From contig OZ242029.1 in assembly GCA_965205015.1 (NCBI GenBank), positions 4,704,001 to 4,768,000 of the forward strand: a stretch of 64,000 bases of DNA, in the 5' to 3' direction. Within the stretch, counting starts at the first letter, position 1; every line of letters starts with the position of its first letter. This DNA comes from Candidatus Poribacteria bacterium. Its GTDB lineage: Bacteria > Poribacteria > WGA-4E > WGA-3G. Positions 48,549 through 57,661 of the stretch are shown here, in pieces. A program made the position numbers and the translations under genes. The notes below the pieces were generated by a model. It made no database searches. It saw only the letters and a list, made by a program, of their open reading frames with translations, and had not been told where the DNA came from.

Positions 48549-48872
48549 CTACTTTAACAAAGCGAACAAAGCGATTATAGCGGAGACAATCGCTGTGCCG
48601 ACTGCTACACGGCTCCACAAAGTCGCGCCCGCCTCTACCTTTCCCTCTATCTTCCCTCGAATCCAGCTGACACCTTGCTCTAAACTTCCCAAACGGGTTT
48701 CCACAGCGTCAAACTTTTTCTCAAACTTCTGATCCAGAGCGTCAAACTTCTGTTCAAACTTCTGATCCAGAGCGTCAAACTTTTTCTCAAACTTCTGATC
48801 CAACCGCTCATATTTCTGCTCTAACCGTTCAAGGGCAGATAATACACGTTCTCGAAAATCTTGATCTGACAT
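48549..48872 (-). CDS. Small tail-anchored coiled-coil protein with 11-residue repeats
   Basis: (LDQKFEKKFDA)x3; C-terminal TM VAVGTAIVSAIIALFALLK; AAGGAGGT RBS. Confidence 0.75.
   Translation of the reverse strand: MSDQDFRERVLSALERLEQKYERLDQKFEKKFDALDQKFEQKFDALDQKFEKKFDAVETRLGSLEQGVSWIRGKIEGKVEAGATLWSRVAVGTAIVSAIIALFALLK
48705..48802. repeat. 33-bp tandem repeat, 3 copies, intragenic
   Basis: AGCGTCAAACTTTTTCTCAAACTTCTGATCCAG repeated. Confidence 0.9.
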
Positions 48873-48984
48873 GAAAGACCTCCTTTTCTATCTGTTAATA
48901 TAACACATATAGCAAGAATAAGGCAAGTCCTGTCCATTTTTACGATTGGATTTTCCTTCGGATATGGCGTTCTTCATTCACAAA

Positions 48985-49989
48985 TTACCAGACTGCACTA
49001 CTATCAAGTGGAAACTCATGTACCGCTTTTTCCCTTAATGTCTCAAGGAGCCTCTGCATATCCGTGGGCATCTCCGCTGAAAACGTCAAGTGTTCCCCCG
49101 TTGCCGGATGCTCAAATCCGAGCACGCAGGCATGCAACGCTTGACGTTTCAGTTGCGCGAGCCTCTGTTTTAACTCTGGCGTATCGGCATCGTTCAAAGC
49201 GCGTTGCTCACCTCCATAAACCGCGTCACCGACCACCGGATGCCCAATATGTTGCAGATGCACGCGAATCTGATGGAGTCGTCCGGTTTCCAACGTCAGT
49301 TGAACAAGCGCGAATTGCGAATACCCCTCTAAAACCGCATAGTGGGTGGCAGCGTGTCGTCCGCTCGTTTCAACCGTCGTCATCCGTCGTCGGTCCCGTC
49401 TGCTCCGCGCAATACGGGTATCAATCGTACCCGCGGTTTCTGTCGGCACACCGCATACCACAGCGACGTATCGGCGCGTGATACTATGCCGTTCAAACTG
49501 AACCGAGAGTCCGCGATGCACCACATCCGTTTTCGCAACAACGAGCACCCCTGATGTCCCCTTGTCCAATCTGTGAACGATCCCCGGTCGCTCCACACCT
49601 CCGATACCCGAAAGGTCTGTGCAATGCGCCAACAATGCATTCACAAGTGTGCCAACATTCATCCCATTCGCAGGATGAACGAGCATACCGGCGGGTTTAT
49701 TCAGAACGATTAAGTGGCTATCCTCGTAAAGAATGTCGAGCGAAATTCGCTCAGGTTGGACGGTGTCCAAAGGACGCGGCGGCGGAAGCGTCAAGCACAC
49801 CCGGTCTCCGTCCCGCAGCGTATAACTCGGCTGTTTACCGACCTCGCCATTGACGATGACCTCCCCATCGCGAATCAACCGTTGGAGATAGGTACGAGAT
49901 ACCCCTTCCGTTGCGTTGATAAGAAAGCGATCCAGGCGTGTCCCGCACTGATTTTCTTGGATGTCATAGACCTGCGTTTCGTTTTTCAT
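48985..49989 (-). CDS. rluD: RluA-family pseudouridine synthase, RluD-like
   Basis: S4 domain RLDRFL, NKPAGMLVHP, GIVHRLDKGTSG, LETGRLHQIRVH, RQALHA. Confidence 0.85.
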   Translation of the reverse strand: MKNETQVYDIQENQCGTRLDRFLINATEGVSRTYLQRLIRDGEVIVNGEVGKQPSYTLRDGDRVCLTLPPPRPLDTVQPERISLDILYEDSHLIVLNKPAGMLVHPANGMNVGTLVNALLAHCTDLSGIGGVERPGIVHRLDKGTSGVLVVAKTDVVHRGLSVQFERHSITRRYVAVVCGVPTETAGTIDTRIARSRRDRRRMTTVETSGRHAATHYAVLEGYSQFALVQLTLETGRLHQIRVHLQHIGHPVVGDAVYGGEQRALNDADTPELKQRLAQLKRQALHACVLGFEHPATGEHLTFSAEMPTDMQRLLETLREKAVHEFPLDSSAVW

Positions 49990-50060
49990 CTGACTCCGCG
50001 GATTTCAAATAATGCCGAATGTCGGATTTCGCAAAACACATTAGGCACCTCAAGCAAACT

Positions 50061-50393
50061 TTATTCAACCGCGTATCCTGTGTGCGGGCGAATATCCGAA
50101 GAATAGAACCCCAAGACAATATGCTCTTTGGGGACCCCATATCGCTCTAATTCGGGCGCAACGCCTTCGGTATTATCCTGTTGGATCCACAACTTGCCAT
50201 CAATAATATCAATTCGGACAATACAAGCATGGATGCGTTTATGTTTCTGATAGCCTCGGGTCATCCACAGATAGCGGTCGGCTTCCCGGTCAACAATGAT
50301 TTCGTCTATCATTTCCCCGCAAGTAGGTGGTACTTCTGTCCACTCATTCAACACCTGCAGTACAATACCCCGATATTTTTCTATCCGTTCCAT
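50061..50393 (-). CDS. xisI: XisI family protein
   Basis: DREADRY, RIHACIVRIDIIDGKLWIQQDNTE, GVPKEHIVLGF, RPHTGYAV. Confidence 0.85.
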   Translation of the reverse strand: MERIEKYRGIVLQVLNEWTEVPPTCGEMIDEIIVDREADRYLWMTRGYQKHKRIHACIVRIDIIDGKLWIQQDNTEGVAPELERYGVPKEHIVLGFYSSDIRPHTGYAVE

Positions 50394-50449
50394 TTGACAA
50401 TTACTTCCTCGGTTCTATTAAAGATAATATTGAGAGCGAGATAACTCAT
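50381..50449 (-). pseudogene. Remnant of xisH C-terminus
   Basis: Translates MSYLALNIIFNRTEEVIVKWNG*, with the Trp codon overlapping the xisI ATG as in xisH-xisI pairs. Confidence 0.55.
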
Positions 50450-50607
50450 GTTTTGTATAGGATACCATATAAGCAATCAAAAGGCAAGTTCTTAACCATG
50501 AAGGATTTAATCTGCCAAACCGCACTTCACAATTGATTTGACACTTAATACAGGAATATGATACCCTTTATCTATGAGATATCTATACCCTATAACAGGG
50601 CGATACA

Positions 50608-51405
50608 ATGCGAAACATTAAACTCGTGCTTGAATACGACGGCACGAATTATCACGGTTGGCAGACACAACCGAACGTGCCAACAGTTCAAGACGCCATC
50701 GAGGAGGCACTGGTAAAACTCACCAAAACCCCGGTACAGATTATCGGGGCAGGGCGAACCGATACCGGCGTCCACGCGGAGGGACAGGTCGCTAACTTCC
50801 ATACGGACGCACAGATACCCGTCGTCGCATTTCAGAAAGGACTCAACGCTATGCTGCCTCGGGATATCGTCGTCTGCTCCGCAACAGAGGTGTCCCCTGA
50901 GTTTCACGCCCGTTTCAGTGCGACACGTCGGCGGTACCGGTACACGATTCTGAATCGGGAATATCCGAGCGCACTTCTGCGGCAAACAAGTTACTGCTTC
51001 TGGATAGAAATCGATGTCTCACGAATGAACGATCTTTGCCAAATGCTGGTCGGCACACACGATTTCACCTCCTTCCAAAAAGTAGGGAGTGATCGGATAA
51101 ACCCTGTCTGTGAGATTTACGAGGCATACTGGTGGAAAAAAGAACCTTACGTTTATTTCGAGATTGAAGCGGATGCGTTCCTGCGAGGTATGGTGCGCGC
51201 CATCACCGGCACCGTCTTAGCTTTTAATAGCAAGCTTCGGAAACTTACAAGCTGCGCCAAAAATATGAAATGCCGCGATGCCGAGATGGAATTTCGCCGT
51301 ATTTTAGAGGCCAAAGACCGAGCCGTAGCAGGAATGTCAGTCCCTGCACACGGATTATCGCTCATTGAAGTCAAATATAACGCTAAAACTGTTCTCGTAG
51401 CATAG
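50608..51405 (+). CDS. truA: tRNA pseudouridine(38-40) synthase
   Basis: YDGTNYHGWQ, AGRTDTGVHA, FHARFSA, GTHDFTSF, FLRGMVR. Confidence 0.95.
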   Translation: MRNIKLVLEYDGTNYHGWQTQPNVPTVQDAIEEALVKLTKTPVQIIGAGRTDTGVHAEGQVANFHTDAQIPVVAFQKGLNAMLPRDIVVCSATEVSPEFHARFSATRRRYRYTILNREYPSALLRQTSYCFWIEIDVSRMNDLCQMLVGTHDFTSFQKVGSDRINPVCEIYEAYWWKKEPYVYFEIEADAFLRGMVRAITGTVLAFNSKLRKLTSCAKNMKCRDAEMEFRRILEAKDRAVAGMSVPAHGLSLIEVKYNAKTVLVA

Positions 51406-51559
51406 CCTGTTAGGCTGTGCATACCCCAGAAAGCACTATGGTTTACAAAAAAACCCTCTTCGCTGACAATCGATAACTGAAGACCTTAACCATCAACTCG
51501 TCTTCTACATCTTCCAAAGGCGCGAGTTGATGGTTAAAACGACTCAAAAGGAGTTTTCT

Positions 51560-52573
51560 ATGAACTATGCCCAAGTCTTGAATGAATTGGAAACTTTAGT
51601 TAACGAAACCTTCGCACTCTGGGAACACAACCGCGTAGGCTTCCAGTGGCGACACTATACATGGAACCACACCATGCGTGTCCGTGCACTAAGCATGGAA
51701 CTCGGTAAGCGGGAAGGTGGGGATGTGAAGCTGCTCGAAGTCGCTGGCACCCTGCACGACATCACCAAACGATATGACGGTGTTATCTTAACGGACGACA
51801 ACGGACAACGGATCCTCGACCACAACGGCTTCTGGTTAAATGAGACGCTCACCCCCGCTGGCCAGAATATCATTACCGACCTCTACGACAAGCACAACCT
51901 CCAGGGCAAGGTCCATCACGAATCCGGGGCAGTCATTACCGAGAACATCTTGGCGATGTATGATTTTGATCAAGATTTCGTTCAAGCCGCGACAGCCGTT
52001 GTCCTCGCGCACCTGAAACCGATGAACCTCACAGCCGAGAACTTTAAACTGCTCTACAACAGGATCGAAAACCAGATTCTCTACGATGCTGATACAATGG
52101 ACCCAAACGTCGGCTATACCGCTTTCTTCCGAAACATTCACATCCACTCCCATTTCGCGCTCCAACGCGGGAATTTTGACCTTGAAGATTACGTCCGGAA
52201 CCTACCGCGTTGGATTAACTCCAAGCAGGAATTCGTCGACAAACTCCTCACAGAGTCATCTCGCGAAGTCGCCCAAGCCCGACAAGACAGAAACCAGCAT
52301 CTTTTCTTGCAAATGGTAGATGAATTAGACGATATGGAGGTAAATCGTAAATACGGATTGCTGGGTGTGATTGAGTATTTCGTCAGTGAAACCGAGGATC
52401 CTCACTTCCTGAACCAACTTGATCATCTGACAAATGAGTGGCTCCCACACCGCCGACAATGGCTCGCTGAAGAGGCGCAGGACGCATCGGCACGCGACCG
52501 TGCCCAAGCCGCAATCGATCGGGTCGACGATTTTCTGACGCTTATGACCCGCGAAAGTAACGGCGAAATTTAA
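51560..52573 (+). CDS. HD-domain metal-dependent phosphohydrolase
   Basis: NHTMRV, LHDITK, HHESG, YDADTMD; AAGGAG RBS before ATG 51560. Confidence 0.8.
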   Translation: MNYAQVLNELETLVNETFALWEHNRVGFQWRHYTWNHTMRVRALSMELGKREGGDVKLLEVAGTLHDITKRYDGVILTDDNGQRILDHNGFWLNETLTPAGQNIITDLYDKHNLQGKVHHESGAVITENILAMYDFDQDFVQAATAVVLAHLKPMNLTAENFKLLYNRIENQILYDADTMDPNVGYTAFFRNIHIHSHFALQRGNFDLEDYVRNLPRWINSKQEFVDKLLTESSREVAQARQDRNQHLFLQMVDELDDMEVNRKYGLLGVIEYFVSETEDPHFLNQLDHLTNEWLPHRRQWLAEEAQDASARDRAQAAIDRVDDFLTLMTRESNGEI

Positions 52574-52595
52574 GACGCGATAAAAGGAGTTTTAC

Positions 52596-53459
52596 ATGAA
52601 CACCCCAACGACAAGCGAACAGGTAGACATTCCCCAAATCCCATACCCACTCGACCTGTATCGATTCGACACGGCTGCCGAGGGGATTTCTGGTGGGTTT
52701 CCAGCCGTAACCGATGCAGACATCGAATACTTCCATCAAAACGGCTATCTCGTCATCAACGATGCCTTCAGTGCTACCGAAGTCGAGGACGCATTGGCAG
52801 GTATGATCCATCTGATGGACGGGAAGTGCCCTGATTTCCGAGCGATCCAATTTGAACCGAAACTCGTCAAGCGGAAGGATGAGCTGGAAGGGCAGGAACG
52901 CCGCGACGCCATCAGGAAAATCTTCAATTTCGTAGACTATGAGCCGCGTCTGAACGCCATGGCAGCCCATTCGGGACTTCTCGGTGTGCTTGAACAAATG
53001 ATAGGGGACACGCCTGAACTGTTCCAAGATATGGCACTCGTCAAACCGCCGCGTTACGGATCAGAAAAGCCGTGGCATCAGGATTGCGCCTACTTTAACC
53101 TACCGGAGGGAACAACGGTTGTCGGTGTATGGATCGCTTTGGATGAAGCCACCCCTGAAAATGGATGCCTACACATCATTCCCGGTTCAAACAATGAGGG
53201 ACCGATGATCCATTTCAAACGTCGAGATTGGCAGATTTGCGATACGGATGTACCCGTAGGGCGCGATACGATGGTACCGCTCAAACCGGGTGGTTGTCTC
53301 TTCTGGCACGGATTGACGCATCACGGAAGTCCTGTCAACCAATCGGGACAACGGCGGCGTGCGCTACAGTTCCATTACACACCGGCGAGTGCTGGAGAGA
53401 TTACGACACAGGAACGGATGGATGTTTACGGGAGCGAAGGGAAAGACGTAGATTGCTAA
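52596..53459 (+). CDS. Phytanoyl-CoA dioxygenase (PhyH) family protein
   Basis: NGYLV, KPWHQD, VWIALD, ENGCL, PGS, HHGS, RRA. Confidence 0.9.
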   Translation: MNTPTTSEQVDIPQIPYPLDLYRFDTAAEGISGGFPAVTDADIEYFHQNGYLVINDAFSATEVEDALAGMIHLMDGKCPDFRAIQFEPKLVKRKDELEGQERRDAIRKIFNFVDYEPRLNAMAAHSGLLGVLEQMIGDTPELFQDMALVKPPRYGSEKPWHQDCAYFNLPEGTTVVGVWIALDEATPENGCLHIIPGSNNEGPMIHFKRRDWQICDTDVPVGRDTMVPLKPGGCLFWHGLTHHGSPVNQSGQRRRALQFHYTPASAGEITTQERMDVYGSEGKDVDC

Positions 53460-53568
53460 CGTCAACGGAGAGAAAAAGATACCAGCGAACCGAACGCAAT
53501 CCACGCATCAACGATAGCTGGGAAGCGAATAAACATCAGTATCCCAGCTATCCTATGGTCATTTGATA

Positions 53569-56091
53569 CTATTTTCGTATCAGCAGCTTCCGCGTAGAAC
53601 TGAACTCCCCAGCCGTGAGCGTGTAGAAATAGGTGCCGCTCGCAACAGGTTCACCCACTTCATTTTTTCCATCCCAATACGCCGCAAGGCTACGACTCTG
53701 ATAAATGCCTGCCGCCTGATACCCCAATACCAACGTCCGAATCAAGTTTCCGTCCATCGCGTAGATACGTATTGTCACATCCGCAGGGACTGCCAACTGA
53801 TACGGTATCCAGGTCTCCGGATTGAACGGGTTCGGATAGTTGGCAAGCAGTGCTGTTTCTTGTGGTGTTAGCGAGGCGAGGAGCGCCTCCAAAAAGCGGA
53901 TGCCCCTTTGCGATGTACTTTCTGTGCGGTTAAGTTGTTGCGCTTGTGCGAGCCACTGTGCGACCTCCATCCTTATCAGCGGGAACTCCAGATCGCGATT
54001 CCACGTTGAGGGTGCTGCGGCAGCGTCGCCAATTACTATTGCTACCAACACCAGATCCTGGATGTCCACGACACCATTCTGATTAACATCCGCAATGTTT
54101 TTGCCAGTCTGCCCAAAATTCGCTGACACCAACACTAAATCTAATATGTTAACCTCGCCATCCGCATTGGCATCTTCAGGCTGTGGTGAGGGTTCGTCCC
54201 CGTTCCCGTTCATATCTTCAGGTTTAGGGGGATCGGTTGAGTCAAACGGTGCCACGCGTTCGAGATCCCATAGCAGCACTGTTCCATCGTCGCTCCCACT
54301 TGCCAACGTCTTGCTATCCGAACTGAACACGACCTTAAAGACACTATCCTGATGTCTGGGGAGTACACGAGGTATACTCTGAATATCTCCCCCCGAGTTT
54401 ATCGCCCACAATTGAACGGCACCGTCCACACCGCCCGCTGCCAACAGCTCCCCATCTGGACTGAATGCCACGCTCGTGACAGCTTCCCAATGCCTGTCTA
54501 ACTGGAGCCAAGTTTCGTCCTCGTAGACAACCCCCAGCGGCTCTCCGACCCGATGCCCCCCATCCCATTCCAACACATCAATCGAGTTCAGCGACACTGA
54601 ATTCGCCCATCTTCCAACCGCCAGTTTCCGTCCATCTGGACTGAACGCTACACTCGTGCGAGGCAAGTCATCAGAGGAAAAGCCATGCTTTATCTCGGCA
54701 GGGGTATCCGTCTGTAAACTCCACACTTGAAGGGTACCGTCCGTACTTGCAGTCGCCAGTATCGGTAAATTCGGATGGAACGCCACACTTGTGACAGGTC
54801 CTGTATGCCCTTTGAGCTTCAATTGCCCAATCCGGCTGTCGGATGGGGAGATAATGATAGTCCCGTCCCATTGTCCAACCGCCATCCGCTTCCCATCCGG
54901 ACTGAATGCCAGGTTTGAGAGACGAAGTATATGGCTATTGAACTGATCCACTTCATGCCCCTCTCGCGGATTCCATACACGGATGGTACCGTCAACACTG
55001 GCACTTCCCACCCAGTCTCCATCCTCACTGTACGCGACATTCCAGATACATCCTGTATGCCCTATGAACGTATACTTGAGTTCATCAGCAGTTATGCCAT
55101 CGTAACTTATATCCTCATACAGGCTCATAGTATTGGCAGGATGTTCCCAATGGTCCAGCCGCAAGGCATAATCGTCCGGGAGACCGTGGGGATATTTGAA
55201 GTTGTCTCTCAAAGTCACCACCACCTCTATGCGAGGAACAGGATCAGGGAAATTAGGATTAGAATTGTGCGTCCTATAATAGTGTCCAGTTGCCTCAACC
55301 CTCTCATCTCCACTTACCTCTTGATACTCCACGAATCTCTGCCTGTAGGAGGGGCGGCCCGGTAGATCATAGGGCCCCAGTAGATTATATCTGTAGATGA
55401 TACCGTCCGTACTTGCACTCGCCATACGAGAACCATGGAACCCTAGGTTCATGACGCGTGGAACGGTGCGTCTGTTCTTCTGTTCATGCTCATGAACCTG
55501 AGCCATCTGTCTGAAAATCCCTTTTCGATTAGACCCGTAGATGACGGAAGAAAGCGATCCCGACTCGTTCCACTTCTCTACCACCGTCGCCACGTACTCA
55601 GCGGCCGGCTGAATCCATGCGATAGGGACATAAGTTGGAGGTGTCCCCCACCCACCAGACGTATGAACCAGTGTCTTCTGATCCGTTGCCATATCATACT
55701 TTATATGATAGATAGCACCAGATAAGTTGCCTAATGCTATGGTCTCTCCATCAGAAGTGATCACAACCCGACGGGCATCCCAAAAATCCCACCAAGGAAT
55801 ATGGGGCAACTTTTGGGCGGTGTCGGCATTGTAGATCCCAACACCTGAAGAAGTTATCAATATTAAACGTCTGCTATCTGGAAAATAGTCGAAATCCCAG
55901 AGGTAATTAACGATATGTCCATCTGACTCCCCCTCATCTACCCGTCCTTGGAGGTGAGGGCAACGAAACGTCAGCCCCAGCCGCGCCCTGGCACCCTCGG
56001 GTAAAAATAAATCTTGGGCAAAGGCAGGTAGCAGATAGAATGTTGCAATCAGAACGAGCATAGCGTAGATAAAAAACTTTTTCGTTTTCAT
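53569..56091 (-). CDS. Secreted WD40 protein with dockerin-like domain and FlgD-Ig/T9SS-like C-terminal domain
   Basis: GHTG...AFSPDG...DGTVLLWD repeats; DANADGEVNILDLVLV and DVNQNGVVDIQDLVLV; NYPNPFNPETWIPYQL...WDGKN...SGTYFY...RKLLIRK. Confidence 0.9.
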   Translation of the reverse strand: MKTKKFFIYAMLVLIATFYLLPAFAQDLFLPEGARARLGLTFRCPHLQGRVDEGESDGHIVNYLWDFDYFPDSRRLILITSSGVGIYNADTAQKLPHIPWWDFWDARRVVITSDGETIALGNLSGAIYHIKYDMATDQKTLVHTSGGWGTPPTYVPIAWIQPAAEYVATVVEKWNESGSLSSVIYGSNRKGIFRQMAQVHEHEQKNRRTVPRVMNLGFHGSRMASASTDGIIYRYNLLGPYDLPGRPSYRQRFVEYQEVSGDERVEATGHYYRTHNSNPNFPDPVPRIEVVVTLRDNFKYPHGLPDDYALRLDHWEHPANTMSLYEDISYDGITADELKYTFIGHTGCIWNVAYSEDGDWVGSASVDGTIRVWNPREGHEVDQFNSHILRLSNLAFSPDGKRMAVGQWDGTIIISPSDSRIGQLKLKGHTGPVTSVAFHPNLPILATASTDGTLQVWSLQTDTPAEIKHGFSSDDLPRTSVAFSPDGRKLAVGRWANSVSLNSIDVLEWDGGHRVGEPLGVVYEDETWLQLDRHWEAVTSVAFSPDGELLAAGGVDGAVQLWAINSGGDIQSIPRVLPRHQDSVFKVVFSSDSKTLASGSDDGTVLLWDLERVAPFDSTDPPKPEDMNGNGDEPSPQPEDANADGEVNILDLVLVSANFGQTGKNIADVNQNGVVDIQDLVLVAIVIGDAAAAPSTWNRDLEFPLIRMEVAQWLAQAQQLNRTESTSQRGIRFLEALLASLTPQETALLANYPNPFNPETWIPYQLAVPADVTIRIYAMDGNLIRTLVLGYQAAGIYQSRSLAAYWDGKNEVGEPVASGTYFYTLTAGEFSSTRKLLIRK

Positions 56092-56170
56092 TGAACATCT
56101 CTCCCTTTCTCGCTATACAGATATGAACCTAATACGCCCCGACCGCTCCGCATGTCAGACTCGCGTTCAT

Positions 56171-57223
56171 CTACTGCTTCTCTTCAGGGAACGGCGCACG
56201 GATATCGTAACGTCCCTCAACAAATACGGGTAACTTTCCACCTTCAACCAACAGGTCAAGCGGGTTCGGGCGCGTTTTTAAGGGGAATGTAACAACATCC
56301 TGGAGGCGCAACGATTCATAAATCGCCATCAGGATTTCTATCGTGCAAAGTCCATGTCTGCCGGCATTGCGGTGTTCATCAACACTCCCTTCAATCCAGT
56401 CTAACATCTCATCAAATTGATTCGGTTCCCCTTGACGCGGTTCAATCACCTGCCAGCCTGCGGCTTTGCTGTTGAGCAATTCAATTGCTCCGTTGTCACC
56501 CCGACGGAGCTGCCCATCGTCGCCATAGACGACATCGCCTCGGAGGACGGGTTCCGGTAAATCGCTTTCGTAGATGCCGCGGATCCCGTTTTCAAAGCAG
56601 ATTTCCGCCATACACAGGTCTTCCGTTCTGACACGGCGTTCCCAGCGATCGGTTTTGCGTGCGACCTGACCGATGAGCCATAACGGATCCGGATCCCCGA
56701 GGATGTAGCGCATCTCGTCGATTTCATGGGTGCCACGGTTCAACAACCCGTGTCCGTCGCGACGGAGCATCGCCTGGGGTTGACCGATCGCGCCCTCTTG
56801 AATCAGGCGGCGTGCCTCGCAATTTTGGGGACTGAAACGCCGTTGGTGCCCAACGACCAATTTCACATTGTGCTTGTCACAGGCATCCATCATGTCCTGT
56901 GCGTCGCCAACCGAAGCCGCCATCGGTTTTTCGGTAATAACGCCGAGGACACCGCTCTCCGCAGCAGCGATCGTCGGTTCGGCACGGACGCTCTGCCACG
57001 TTGTAATACTGACGATGTCCAAGTCCTCTTTCTCGCACATTTCACCGAAATCGGTATAGTGGGTTGGGAGTGCGAACTCGTCTGCGAATTTCGCCGCGGA
57101 TTCTGCGCTAATGTCTGAAGCCGTGACAACTTCGACACGCCCGGTACTTGCCCAATTATTCGCATGGGAACGTCCCATGCCACCGCATCCAATAATGCCA
57201 ACACGATATGTTTTGTCTGCCAT
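56171..57223 (-). CDS. Gfo/Idh/MocA family oxidoreductase
   Basis: GIIGCGGMG, EKPMA, GHQRRF, GTHEID; start set at MADKTY. Confidence 0.9.
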   Translation of the reverse strand: MADKTYRVGIIGCGGMGRSHANNWASTGRVEVVTASDISAESAAKFADEFALPTHYTDFGEMCEKEDLDIVSITTWQSVRAEPTIAAAESGVLGVITEKPMAASVGDAQDMMDACDKHNVKLVVGHQRRFSPQNCEARRLIQEGAIGQPQAMLRRDGHGLLNRGTHEIDEMRYILGDPDPLWLIGQVARKTDRWERRVRTEDLCMAEICFENGIRGIYESDLPEPVLRGDVVYGDDGQLRRGDNGAIELLNSKAAGWQVIEPRQGEPNQFDEMLDWIEGSVDEHRNAGRHGLCTIEILMAIYESLRLQDVVTFPLKTRPNPLDLLVEGGKLPVFVEGRYDIRAPFPEEKQ

Positions 57224-57356
57224 CTGTCTCACCTTGTCCTCGCTTTTAAATTTACAGTAACTCCCTCGCCAGTAAAAGCAAGAGTTGTAGAAACACATTT
57301 TAGCAAAAGCCGCGTATCAAGGCAAGCAAATTGTAAGAAAAGATTCAGAAAGACGA

Positions 57357-57385
57357 TTGACAAAATTGTGCTGTTGGTATAGAAT
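57357..57385 (+). promoter_or_regulatory. Sigma70 promoter for the uORF/LRR gene
   Basis: TTGACA, 17 nt spacer, TAGAAT. Confidence 0.7.
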
Positions 57386-57456
57386 GTTTCCTGAGACGGG
57401 TTCCGGTTCCGAAGAGATATCCATGATACATCTTTTTTGATGAGAAAGGAGTCAAA

Positions 57457-57600
57457 ATGTCCGACATACGAAACGAGCACGCCAATATTGAAAGTGTCCA
57501 GTACTTCTATCGGTCCTCTAACATTTTATCCATGACACAGGTTGAGAACGAAGCTTTAGCACCCCACTCTGTCTGCCCCCCCCCACTTTACACCCGTTAA
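57457..57600 (+). CDS. 47-aa upstream ORF containing a C9 tract; probable out-of-frame 5-prime portion of the LRR gene
   Basis: AGAAAGGAG RBS, ATG 57457, MSDIRNEH...VCPPPLYTR*; too short for the ORF track. Confidence 0.55.
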   Translation: MSDIRNEHANIESVQYFYRSSNILSMTQVENEALAPHSVCPPPLYTR

Positions 57601-57625
57601 GCACATTTCACATAAGACTTCATCC

Positions 57626-57660
57626 AACTCGGACAGCGGTTGCTGCTGCCCGAGTTTTTT
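57626..57660 (+). terminator. Terminator/attenuator-like hairpin between the uORF stop and the LRR coding region
   Basis: AACTCGG-ACAGC...GCTGC-CCGAGTT followed by TTTT. Confidence 0.5.
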
Positions 57661-57661
57661 C

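Noticed and set aside
48705-48802. 33-bp repeats as a CRISPR array
   Set aside because: Units are contiguous with no spacers, in frame within a gene, and no cas genes are present.
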